64,000 nt of DNA from the NCBI GenBank assembly GCA_050273025.1, contig CP158635.1, positions 16,864,001-16,928,000 on the forward strand, given 5' to 3'. A program made the position numbers and the translations under genes. Below the pieces are notes generated by a model, which saw only the letters and a list, made by a program, of their open reading frames with translations, was not told the origin of the DNA and made no database searches. Of the stretch, positions 38,325 to 51,600 are shown in pieces. Source of the stretch: Cenococcum geophilum. Taxonomy: Eukaryota. Every line of letters starts with the position of its first letter. The stretch's first letter is position 1.

Positions 38325-41300
38325 ATGGCGATAGTACTAGTAAAGGGATTGTTAGGAATGTTAGGCCCATTCTATAATAACGGTAAGGGTGCTAAAAAGG
38401 GAAAGAAAAGCAAGCAGCCTATTAAACCGCGAAGCTCTCCTAAACTAGGGCATGTAATACTAACCCTAACTCCCGTAATATTAGGGACCAATAACCCTTA
38501 ATAGATAGAGGATAAGGGTTATAAGGTCTACCTACCTATCTCTAGAGAAACTATAGGTCCGCTACTTCTTACTAGACTACTAATAGAACGAGATAAGGTG
38601 TATATTATAGCCTAGCCTATACTAGCTCTGGGAACCCCTAGGACCCCTTACTTTACGGGATAAAACGTATTATAATTTATTAAATAGTATAAGCGGCTAT
38701 GTATCTAGCACCGTGTTACAGATAATAAGAAGTATTAAGGACTTTTAGAGTATTGCGACTATTAAATAGGGATATAGATCCGAAGTCTGCCTAAGTTTGC
38801 TATTAGTAACTAGATGGAACTTATAGGAAAGCTTAGGACAGACTACTAAGGAAGTAACTACTTTTAATAAGTTAAAACGGTAGAATTCTTGGAAGCTTAT
38901 ATACTGTAGTATAAGAACAATCCACCCAGCAGTATACGCGAATACTGTAGGTAGTTCACGTTAATCTCCTAGAAGGTTACTAAGGCTAGTAATTTAAAAA
39001 ACTGCGAATAAGGGTACTGGTTTACAAGAGGACTCCTATTTAAATACTAAAGATATATAATAACTAAAACAGGAGCCGACCCTAATAAGCGAGAGTTTTT
39101 TAACTTCTACCTGCTAAGGAGAGCTGTAGAAGACAGGCTTAATTCGCATAAAGGCGCTAATTGGTTATTAATTATAAATCCTAAGGAATAAGGCCTTTGT
39201 TAGCTAGTTAGATAATTTTATAATTAGCAACTAGCTATAATAAACTAAAGAGATGCTGCCCTTTGACTACCTATAGTCTTTTAGCTAAGCGAGTTGGCAA
39301 ATACTTATTAAGCGATTTAGGAAACAGACCCTAAACTAGAGAAACTTACTAATTAACTCTAGAAGCTTAATCTTGGGATAGTTAAATTGGCAGGCGTTAT
39401 ATCTTTAATGCCGTTCCTAGATAGGATTTGCTAAGATCTAATATGGTATATATAGCTCCTAAATAGGGCGTTAATGCGTTAAGAATAAATGGACCTGTAA
39501 CTGGCACTAGGTAATAATAGACTATAGCTGCCTTATAAGGGAGCGCTATAAGAATAATATAAGCCGGGCCTAGGAAGGTATAGAGGGCTAGGGAACTTTG
39601 ACGCATACTAAATATAAAATTAGACGTGTTATAGATATAGGGGTGCTTACTATTTTATTAATTAGTGTCCAGAGCTTAAAGAGTTAGTTTGTTGTAGTTT
39701 CCTATATATAAATGAAAATAACCAAATATGTGCTGGAATACGTAAGCGCCTAGAAAATATAATTCTGTATTTGCTAAGTAATAATTAGATCTAGTTTTTT
39801 AAAGACTAGCTAAGGTAGAACGCGAATATTAATTTTAATGCGCTAGTGATAGGTGTCTAATTAAAGGCAGCTTCTATGGAGCTTATAGAGGGTAGTGACG
39901 CTAAAAGCAAAGAGGAACTTAGTAAGTCCTAGGAAGATATATACTAAGTAGAGTTGATATACGTTGATTTAGTAGGGGCTGTAACTTAGTTATAGCCTAC
40001 GCTATGGGTATATAATCTTAGGAGACCGTAAGGGGAAGTAAGGGTGATAAAATAGCCTCTAAAACTATCTGGTCTATGACTAGCAATGGTTTAAAATATA
40101 TAACTAGGAGGATATATCTAAATTACACTATAGCCCTAGTAGTAGGCTTCTCCACCACCGTTAAGCAGTAATAGGGGTAATGAAATCAATTACACTAAAT
40201 AGCTAAGATAGATGGAGTAAATAGCGGATGTAATAATAATAGTTAAAGTATTACGACTAAAGCTAGTTAGGATAATGGATATACTAAAAGGAAACGTCTT
40301 AAGCCTAATAGTAATGGCGGACAAGATCTTGTTAAAAACTATTAAAGTTACTGTTAGTGACTGCCTTATGTATATGCCTAAAGTTATAAGGCTATTCTTT
40401 AAGCCTCTTTTGCTACCCCTTACGGAGCCTTACTGATAGAAGTAGGAGGACGTTAAGGCATTTGTGTTATTAGTATACCTAACGTTTTATGCTAATTAAG
40501 CCGGCCTAATAACTGCTGAAGTGGACTAGATTAAACGAGAAGTAGGATTTGTCCGGTTTTAAAGGCGGTGCCTAAAGGTAGAAGCGTAGATAGGAGACGG
40601 AAGGGCTAAATGCTTAATTAACTCTAGAGCTAAGCTTAACCTTATTAAGGAAAGCGTAGCCCTATAATACGGCCTACTAATATTAAGTCTGCCTTTATAG
40701 TTATAAGGTGCGCGTTTAACGTCTATAAATAGAACTTAGTTTAAGTTTATTAGGCTAGTATATGCGGTCCCTATAGTAATAGGTAATGTCTTAATATCTA
40801 TAACGTTTATTACTATAGGGGAAATATTATATAAGGTGATACTTAGTAAGCTATTGTTAGTAAGGGCTAGACTAGTAATAAAACGAACCGCAATAGGTTA
40901 GGTATCTTATATTATTTAATTAGAAGATAGTAGAGTTAAAATAAGGTTCTTAACGTCCTATAAGGATGTGATGTTCTTTAAACTAGATAAAGGTATTAGT
41001 ATAGAAAATAGTTTGGGAAATATATAGCTGGTGCGACCGCTAGGATTGTATCTAGGGTTACTTATAACCTGGTATATTAGGATAAGAAGGATATTAAGAA
41101 TAAAGAGGAGGGAAATAAGGTGCGGCTCTAATACGGACGTATGTTGTTTTAGATATCCGCTAGATAGAGCTATTAGTAGGGAGAGGAGTATAATATTAGA
41201 GGGAGAGAGCTTAACAGTAAAATGTTAAAGGAAGTCCTAAAGAAATATATAAGGAAGAATTAGAAGCTAGTATTTAAAGTAAAATCTAAGTCTCTTATAT

Positions 41301-44300
41301 ATTAAATGTTAAAGATAATAGATTTATTTATAATATAAATAGAAAGCTACTAAAGTAAGGCCTAACTAAACGCTATAAATATAGCAACTGCGTATAAATG
41401 GAAAGCAGATAAAGTCTACCTAGTTAATTTATTGGCACTAGATAGAACAGTTATAGGAGGTATAATAGAATGGCGAGAGGTGGCCTTATATTGATAGAAG
41501 GTGTTTATCTAAGGATTGCTTTTTAGACTATATAATTATTTCCTTAAGCCGTAATATACTAAGCTGGCCTATAGTACACGACTAAAGCTAGAATAATTGG
41601 AGCGTATAATTATAGGAGATATTTAGCTAAGAGAACGAGAGATCCTTAAGGCTATATTGTTTAACTAAGAAGAGGCTCTAGTATGGGAGTTCTCTGAGAT
41701 GGGTCGGGTTGGTAGAGACGTAACTCTACTACTAAAGATTAAAACTGTGCCGTATAAAGTATAGTAAGTACTAAACTTTCTAGTATCTAGGGCCCTATAA
41801 GGAGAAGTAATAAATATATTATAAGAACAACTAGTTTAAGGGACTCTAGAATATTGTAAAAGCCTATATAGGAATCTATGGTTTCTTATAAGTAAAAAGG
41901 AACGTAATAAGTACCGACTAATTAACGCGGCGATAAATATTAACTAAGTAACTGTTAGGGATATAAATCTACCGTTATATGCCGATGAATTTTCTAAGGA
42001 GTTTGTAGGGTATAAGGTTATATCTTTCGTAGACTTCTTCTCTAGCTATAACTAATTAGAGCTAGATATAGAAAGCCAGAACCTAATAGCTTTTATAATA
42101 CCTCTAGGACTTTTATAATAAATAACGGTACCTATAAAAGGTATAAATTCTATAGCCTAGTTTGTGTGGATGATTACTAAGATCTTAGAACGACACATTT
42201 TATACTATGCCCTGCCATTTCTAGATAATATTATAGTGAAAGGCCTATAGATAGTATATAATGGGGAGGAGAGCCTTCTAGGTATGCGTAGATATATTTT
42301 AGAATATATTATATAGCTAGACGGAGTGCTTGCAGATTTAGAATAAGCTAGGTATATAATTTTAGGCGTAAAGTCTTACTTCTATAAAGACAAGATTATA
42401 GTAGTTGGCTATTACTATAATAGAAAAGGATAATATCTAGAAGAGTTAAAGGTTGTAAAGATTATTTACTGGAAAGACTGTAAAGACGTTACGTTAGCCT
42501 AAGCGTTTTTAGGAGTTGTTATATATTACTAAATATAGGTAAAAGACTTTGCAATTAAGGTAAAGCTAATTTTCCAACTACTATAAGTAAATGTTCCGTT
42601 TATATAGGGTATAGAGCAGATAGCTACTATAAAGACTCTAAAGCATGCAGTTACTACTATACCTATATTAGTTTAGCTAGATTATAGTAAAGGGGTTAAG
42701 CTAATTATTCTCGCCGTTAACGAATGCAAGAATAGATAGGGGTGCGGCCTTATATAACTAGACATGCAAGGTTATTATTACCTGTATTAATATAAAAGCG
42801 GTATCTAGTCTTTAGCGGAGCAGAAATATAACTTAGGAAAGCTTAAATATTGGGTATTATTATATACGTTAAAGAAGTATCGCGTGTACCTATACGGCGT
42901 TCGCTTTATAGTGGAGATAGACGCAAACACCCTAGTTATATAGCTAAATTGTACCGCTACTAATTTACCTAAAGCCTTAATAATAAGATGGCTAGTATAG
43001 ATTTAGCTATAGGACTTTAATATTAGATATATATTAGGGAAGAAGAATAGCCTAGCTAATAGACTTTTATAACGGCTACCTAATGGTAAACGACCTAATA
43101 AGCCGACTGAGGATATTAAAGAGTTTATTAACTGTAAACTAAGTGCCTTAGAATATACGGCTGCCCCTCTTAAAATAGAAGCGGGTTTGCTACTAGAAGA
43201 CTTATATTTAGAGAAATCTTAGGAGATTGCAAAGTAGCTAGTAACCTTATAATATCTAGAAAAGATAAATACTAAGGAGTTTAAAAAGTTTAAATAATAT
43301 GCGCTAAAGTTTCTGGTGTATAATTAATAGCTCTTTTACTAGTAGTTAAAAAATATACTAATATAAAGGGTAGTTGATAATAAGGATACTTAGTAGGAGA
43401 TTATTAAAAGCCTTTATAATTAAAGCGGATATTATAGATAAAAGGAAATATATTAGAGGATTTTAAATTAATATTAGTGGCTAGGGCTATAGAATTAGAT
43501 ATTATGGCATATTAAGTCGTATTTATAATACTAGGAGCAATAGCTAGGATAGGAAGAAGAAGCGATATACCCTATATAGGAGTCCACCTTATAGTAATAA
43601 GTAGTAGTAAATATTACGTTTATGCCTCTAAGCCGTCTTAGATTTTAATACCTGGCTATTACCTAAGAATATATATCTAGATAGGTAGAAGCTTATGCCC
43701 TTTAAAATAAGGATATGAAAAGTATAGCAAAGTTCCTCTATAAAGATGTTATCTGCTAATGGGGAGTATTCGGACAACTCTCTATAGATGGTAGAGGAGA
43801 GAATGCTAATATTACCGCTGCGCTCGCAGAGCTCTACAATATTAAAAGGGTTATGGCTTCCGCTTACTATACTTAGGCGTAAGGCTTTATAGAGCGAGGC
43901 CATAAACCTATAATAGACGCTTTAGTGAAGATGGATGGCTTATAACTAGATAATCTTTATACCGTTTTATGGGCAGATAGGATAACTATTAAGCGGCCTA
44001 TGGAAATAATGCTAGTAAGAGTTATATGCGGATATAAGCATGTCCTTCCTATTGAACTCTGTATACCTACTTAGTAGACGCTACCTTAGTAAATAGTCCA
44101 GACTATTATAGAGCTACTAGTACTTTATATAAAGTAGTTTAACTAAAAAGACGTAGATATAAAAGAGGCTGTTGCGTATATAAGACGACTAAGGGTAGCA
44201 AATAAGGAATACTTTAATAACACCTACTATATTCGCTAGGACGGATTTAAGGTTAGAGATATAGTTATACTTTATAATACGTAGCTTAAGTAAGACTATT

Positions 44301-44640
44301 CTAGCAGTTATAAGTTAGATCTAAAATGGCTGGGCCCGTTCCGTATATGTAAGAGTTACCCTTATAAAGGATGGTACTTAATTAAGGATCTTAATAGCAC
44401 GCCGTTCCGTGATTAAACTTTAGGGAATAGATTAAAGAAGTTATATTAATAATAGATATCTAAGGTCTGCTAGGAAGACTAGCTTAACTAGTTAGGCGGA
44501 ACTATACTATAAGAAATAATAGTAGAGCTAGAACCTAAGGAGGATATTATATAAAATCTACTAGTATTATAACGCCGTGTAGTTTAAGAAGTATATGTTC
44601 TAAAAAGATTGTTTAATAGAACTAAGTACGAAATATTTAA
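38325..44640 (+). pseudogene. E6 gag-pol pseudogene
   Basis: PYFTG-NV Gag motif; CCHC knuckle ~39627; LINSRAKLNLI (de-RIP LIDSGAELNLI) ~40613; RT WFL..K, VDFFSSY, PFLDNIIVKG; RNase H; HHCC plus DDE integrase; no chromodomain seen. Confidence 0.88.
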
Positions 44641-45680
44641 CTAGGGGATAGTTAAGTTCTAAGGTGGGGGAGGGGATGTAGATAATAGCCGTATAATCCG
44701 TTTATTTATTTACCGTATTTCCTAAAGCTCTTTTTATTGCGCTTTTTTATTTACTTTTTTTAGTTATAGAAATCTAATGCGTGGTGGCAGTAAGGTAAGG
44801 ATAAAAGAATATTTACGTATAACTATCTAGTATTATTTACTGCAAAGATATTAGTTCCGCTTACCGCCTTTATTAAGCTAATAGCGATTTTCTATCCTAG
44901 GGATGGAAAATTATAATTAGTCTATTTAATGATTAGAGCTAGTAGAACTCTATACTACTACCTAGATTTAGTAGACTATTTAAATTAGAAAACCCTATTT
45001 AGAACTTTACCTTTTTACCCTTAATAAACCTTAAATATAGTTGTAATTAGTTAAAGTTATAAGTTAAATAGAATTAATAATAGTATATTTATTATATCTT
45101 TATCTAGTAGACCTCTAGTACTATATAAAGGAGCTAAGTAATAGATTAGTAACGTCCTTATAGAAGTTAGAGGCTTTGTAGTTAATCGGCATTAAATAGT
45201 ACTCCTTTAAATCTATAATGAGATTCTGCTCTCTTAAGAAAACTACGTAGATACTGCTAGTGTGGTAGTTAATTTTATTAACTAGGATAATAGGCTATAA
45301 GTATCTCTAGGAAGGGACGCGTTTTTATTAATCTTTAAGAACATCTCTAACGTTAGTAAGATAGTAAAAGATTAAAGAAATTAGTATAATGAAGCTAGAG
45401 AAACTATCCGAAAGTCCTGGGGATAAGGTGTTCTTAACAGTCTACTTAAATACGCGGTCTCCTACTACTTCCTTTTTACCGTCTAAAAGCTTACCGTCTA
45501 CTTACTTTATAAAATAACGGCATAAGTTAATAAGGCCCTAATTAACAGGCTCAAATATCTAGGACGCGGTATTAAGAACACTACTTTACTATAGCCGACC
45601 GATTTTACGCTCGCGCCGAAGATGCTAGGAAGGGCAGTATTAAATTAGGTGGTAAATAAGTATAGCTTAGGAAGATACTT

Positions 45681-48600
45681 TGTTATAGACGCTTTAAGTA
45701 CAATATTATAACTACTTAGAGAAGAGACGGAAGAAGCTAGTTGGTTAATTTAGGCACGGTTTAGAATGGAGCCAATAGAACCATATAACGAGGAATAGTA
45801 ACTAAGGTCACATAATAGTTAAACGTATTAGCTGCGTTAAATATAAGGGACGTCACGTTTAATATAGATAAGGCGTATATTATATATAAGAAGGATTTTA
45901 TAGGAGTACGGTTATATATTTAAGGACCCTTAATCCCTACCTAGATAGTTCCTTTCTTATAGTAATTCTTAAAATACAATTAGAGTTAATCTATTAGGCA
46001 ACCACTCCACTAGTTATTATTACGTTGTTAACTTTTATACTTGCATTTCCTATACACCTAGCCCAATAATAAGCCTATCGTAGTTCTTACTACAAGGTTC
46101 CGTTATATAATCACTACCTAGTTACAGTATTAATATAAGAAGTTAAACAATATACCACTAAAAGCAGCCACCACAATGCCATTAACGGCAGTAACTACTT
46201 TAGGGACAGGAGGTAATACCAGTATAGCAGATACTAACTCACAGCAACCTATAACGGTTAGATAGCTATAGGAAATAGTTAACTAGCTAATAGCTAACAA
46301 TATAGTATTAGAAGAAAGACTTAATAGGATAGGAGCAGTAAAGATTAAGCTACTATCAATTAAGAGATTTATAGGAAAAAGGTTAAAGCTTAAAGGATTC
46401 CTTATATAGATATACTTTAAGGTCTTATAAGAGGGAGTAAAGTTACCTATACCCATAGATCGGATAGCCTACGCAGGACTATTCTTATTAGGAAAAGCAC
46501 TTAAGTAGTTTAAACCTTACCTTATGGAGATACAGGTAAACGGAATGACGACCACTAACTAAGACATGTAATTTATATTCTTAAGTTAGGAAGGATTTGC
46601 AGAACAACTTACACAGATATTTAGAAACCTAGAAGAAATAACTACAGTAGAAAGAAAACTCTAGAACCTTATATAATAAACTTTAGCAATTAAGTATATA
46701 ATATAGTTTTAGACACTAGCAATATAAGTAAAATAGAATAATAGGGCGCTTATAGTACAGTATAAATAGGGACTTAAGGCTAAAGTTTAGGATGTAATTA
46801 TCCTAATAGAAGATGCGGATACCCTAAGGGAACTAATAAATTAGGCGATTAAGATTAATAATTAGATCTACTAAAGGGAATAGGCTAAGAGAGGCTAAAA
46901 TAGAGTTCTACAGTTATATAAGGCGCAGAGTACGCAATAACAAAAGCTAAGTTAGAAACTATAGTATAGCGCAGAGCTAATAGACCTAAGTGGTATTAAA
47001 GAAACCTATAAGAAATAGAGTAAACTATAGAAACCTAGAGGACAAGAATTAAGTAATTAAAGGTTTAAGGAGTAGAGGCCAAATTAGGGATCTTAATAGT
47101 AGAAGATATTTAGGCGGACTCCATAGCAAGAGAAATGGTTTAAAGAAGGAGCTTATATAAATTGCAGAAAACAGGGTTATTACGTTAGAGACTATAAAAG
47201 TGGGTAGAGTTATTATATAGTAAAAGGTATAAGACTAGTAGACGATATATACGTATAAAGGGATAATAATATACTGCGAGGAACAAAAGAATGTTTAATT
47301 AAAAGTTTTATGTTTTATTACAATAACGTATACCAAATTTATAAGGATGCTAAGTATAGTGTAAGCTATTAGCTATAAGAGCTAGCACCTATAAAATATA
47401 AAGGAACTAACGAACTAGTTTATAGATCGGATATTAAGGATAATAAATTTAACTTAGGTAAAACATTCCGTAATAATAAGGCAATAAGGGCTGCTTACTA
47501 GGAGCGAGTAGACCTTAGAGATATTATACCAAAGGTAGAGAATAATTCCACTACAGAATAGGGAATATTAGTAGGAATTAAAACCCCACTAAACACGATA
47601 TCTATCACTTCGCGAGACGTAAGAGAAGTAGGATAGTAAACCACTTTAGCACTTAATAAAGGCAAAAGGCTAAAGGCTTAAGATTCTTATAGCGAGATAA
47701 GAGATAACTAAGATTCTTAAAATAAGATAAGGTAAGCTTAAGGACCTATAATAGATAATAACCAATAGAGCAGAGTAGTAGCTTAGTTTAAAAATATACA
47801 AATAAGCTTAGGACGGAAGTTCCTATAGGTATAAGATTCTTAAGACAAGATAAGTAAGATTTAAGACTTTTAAGATAAAATAAGAATACTAAGTAAGCCT
47901 AGTTAGACTAAGGCTAGAGCTAAGCTTAAGTTAAAAGTAAGCTTAGGATTAAAGAACCTAAGGGGTTAAGAATTTGGGGTATAAATTAAGACACCTATAA
48001 ATAAGAGGTAAGGAGCTTCTTTATAGATTAGAGAATCTGCGGCATAAACAGTAATTAAACTAGGAGATAAATATATAGACCTAGAGGATTTACTAGTTAA
48101 ATAAAGTATTCAGACTAAAGATTAAAAAGTTAATATTAGGATTAAGAAGTAAGACAACTTTAAGGATTAGAGCGTAAGGCGTAAACCAAAAAAAACCATA
48201 GAAGAGTTTAGGTAAAGAATTATTATATAGCAAGAACAGAAACTAGATAAGAGATCTAGTATATTAGGATATATAAAGGATAGAGCACTAGTATAAAGAA
48301 TTATTAATAGACTAAGAGCAGGTATACTAAGAGCTAAGTAGCTTACTAAACTAGAAGATAAAGAGGATTTAAGGATTCTAATTAGGTTTAAGGAATAATA
48401 TATAAAGGGCTATTACGATATAGTAATAAGAAAATACTTCCTTACGGATAGGCTATATATACTCTAGCAGCTGTACTAAAAGTGGTATAGATAAAGGCAC
48501 AATAATAAGTGGGAAGATTTCTATATATAGTTAGATAAAAAAGTTATCTAGGACTACCTAATTACAGAGAAGGCTATAACGCATATTAAAGGAGCCTTAA

Positions 48601-51600
48601 TTATAACGTTAAAGGATCTAAAGGAATATTTAGAGGACTAGAGAAGTAAGAAACGCATCTTAGTACCTATAAATAAAGTTATAACGTTTAGATTAGTATA
48701 ATAAAGGTTTAAACTTAGGGATAAAGATAAGCTAAGGGTTAACCTAAAGCACCTAGCACACTATACGTTATTATAGATTGCGTATATAGACGATATATAT
48801 AAAATACATAAGAATCTAAAGGAAAAAAATTAGAAATACCCTATAAGGATATACTGGATAACAGATAAGTAATAGTATAGGAATGCTAAATATATATATA
48901 GATGGCATCCAGCAGAGGTCTAAGAGGAAGGAAGTTTGGCACTTTAACTAGAAAGATTTCTTATGGAAGAATGCTTAGACGGATAATAGTAGTAGGAATG
49001 CCTAGAAAATACATGTCTATAGTATATTAAAGATAAAAAGCGAACTAGGTATTAGCTAAAGAACGAGCTAAGTATACTAGGATTAAGCAGCTAATAGTTA
49101 AGAAAAGTAGAGGCCTATAGGACTAAAGGGAGCTAGTAGTAGAGCCTTAAACCCTTAAAGGAATTTAAGGATAACACCTAAATTTATAAATTAATTAGTA
49201 AGATTAGCAGTTTAAGGCGCTAATAGATAGTAGAGTAACGCGAAACCATATCTTACTAGTAGCAGTTAAAAGAATAAGACTACCTTATAGATAAAAGGAG
49301 TAACCTTACCTATTAATTACGATTTTAGGAGATCTAATAACCTATAGAGGAGGGATTATTAATCTTAAAATAGGACCTATTTAGATAACTATTAAAGGAA
49401 GATAAATTAAGATATCTTTTAATATCCTACTATTAGGACGGGATAAGGCAGTATTAGGTATACCTTAGTTATAGGAATACAATCTAAGGATCAATTAAAT
49501 TACAGGTTAGGTTGATATTAGAAATACTTAACGCCGTAAGATGCGATAATAAGCTAAGTTGGTATAGTACTAAGTAGGAGCAACCTATAAAGAAATAGAA
49601 AAAGGACTAAGTTATATACTAAAGAGATACTATAAGTATGGTAAGAAACTATGGTTACCGGAAAGTAAAAAGCTATTAAAATATATAGTATAGGACTATA
49701 AGATAGAATTAGAACTAGGAATAAGTTTAAGGTTCTTTCTAATCTATAAGCTTACCAAAGAAGAAGATAGAGTATTAAAAGAGTTTATCTAAGAGAACTT
49801 ATAAAAGGGATATATTAGACTATCGCAGTTATTAGCAGGTTATCTAGTACTATTTATACTAAAGAAGAATAGCAAACTAAGGCTATGTATTAACTATAGA
49901 CAGTTAAACAGCATTACTAGGAAGGATAGGTATTCTTTACCCTTAATTAGCGAAATCTAAGATAGGATAGGTAATGCGCAAATCTTTATAAAGATAGATC
50001 TAAGATAGGCATACCATTAGATTAGGATTAAGGAGGGCAACAAATAAAAGGCAGCCTTTAGGTTAAAGGAAGGACTATATAAGCTATTAGTTATATAATT
50101 CGGACTTATAAATATACCAGCAATATTCTAAAAGCATATTAATAATATATTAGGAGAATACTTAAATAAATTTATTATGGTATATCTTAATAATATTATT
50201 ATCTACTTAATAACTAAGGAAGAATACGGAGAATACGTTAAATAGGTCTTAAAGAGACTATAAAAAGAATAGATACTAGTAGTAATTAAAAAATGCGAGT
50301 TCTTTACCAGAAAGACCGATTTTATTAGATTTATTATTAAACTAGGCTAACTTAGCATAGATCTAAAAAAGATTAAGGCTATAGTAAATTGGCAGGAACC
50401 AGAAAACGTTATATAGTTAAGATCGTTCCTAGGGTTTTGCAATTACTGTAGAAGGTTTATAGCGTAGTAGTTAAAGGATATTAAGCCATTTATACGGTTA
50501 ATAAAGAAAGAAGAACTATAGGTATAGGGAGAGGAGTAAAGAGAACTCTTTAAAAAGGTTAAAGAGTTGTTTACCTAGGAGCTAGTTCTTAAGATCTATT
50601 AACTAGAACTAGAGACGGTTATAGAGACAGATATATTAAACTATATACTAGGGGCGTGCTTTATATAAAGGCATTAAGATAGATGGTACCTAGTAGCATA
50701 CTATAGTCGAAAGATAATACTACTAGAGTTAAACTATGACATCTATAATAAGGAGTTATTAGGTATAGTTATAGCATTAAAGGAATAGAAAGCATTCTTA
50801 TAAGGTATAGAGAAACTATTTATAATTAAAACAGATTATAAGAACCTAATAGGATTCCTAATAATAAAGGAACTTAACTAAAAATAGGTTAGATGGGCAG
50901 AGATACTTACGGAATACCATTTTAAGATTTAGTATACTAAGGGTACAGATAATACGCGGGTAGATGCTCTAAGCCGTAAAGCTAAACTATAAAATAAGGA
51001 AAAGCTATTAGGGGCTTTATTATAAAAAGATATAGACAGATTAATTAGATATAATTATCCAAAAATTGTAGTAACTTAAGAAGATAATAAACTAGAGAAA
51101 GTCTATAAGACACTAAAAAGCTTTTAGGTATAAAGAATTCTAAAAGTATAACTAAAAGATCTATAGACAGATATATACGAAAATTGAGAAGTAAAGTATA
51201 TCCTAAGAAGTATAGTAGAACAGTTTATAGAGGACTTCTATAAGGGACTAACTTAAGGACATAATGGAGCTATGGGCTTAGTATTAAGACTCTAGGAGGA
51301 GTATATTATTAACGGAATCTAAAGGATAGCTAGAAAAGTTATAAAGGAATATTTAGATTACTAAAGAAATAAACTAACGAGGTATAAGCTATATAGAGGG
51401 CTATAACCTATTAAAATACCAGAGAGACTATAGGAGGTCATATTATAGGACTTTATTATTAAGTTACTAAAATTAAGAAATCCTATTACCGGATAAGATT
51501 ATAACGCGATTTTAGTAATAATAGATAAGCTTATAAAGTGGGGATACTTCATAGCATATACAGAAGAAATCTCAGCGGAAGATATCGCTAAAATCTATAT

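Noticed and set aside
10865..43903. Short ORFs at 10865, 17622, 23158, 37945, 39397, 41031 and 43628
   Set aside because: They are antisense or off-frame slices of TE sequence or repeats, with no recognisable motifs.
48008..48096. GT...AG segment in E5 as an intron spliced out in E4
   Set aside because: The E4 junction retains extra bases (GCAG) and does not match precise splicing; a microhomology deletion fits better.
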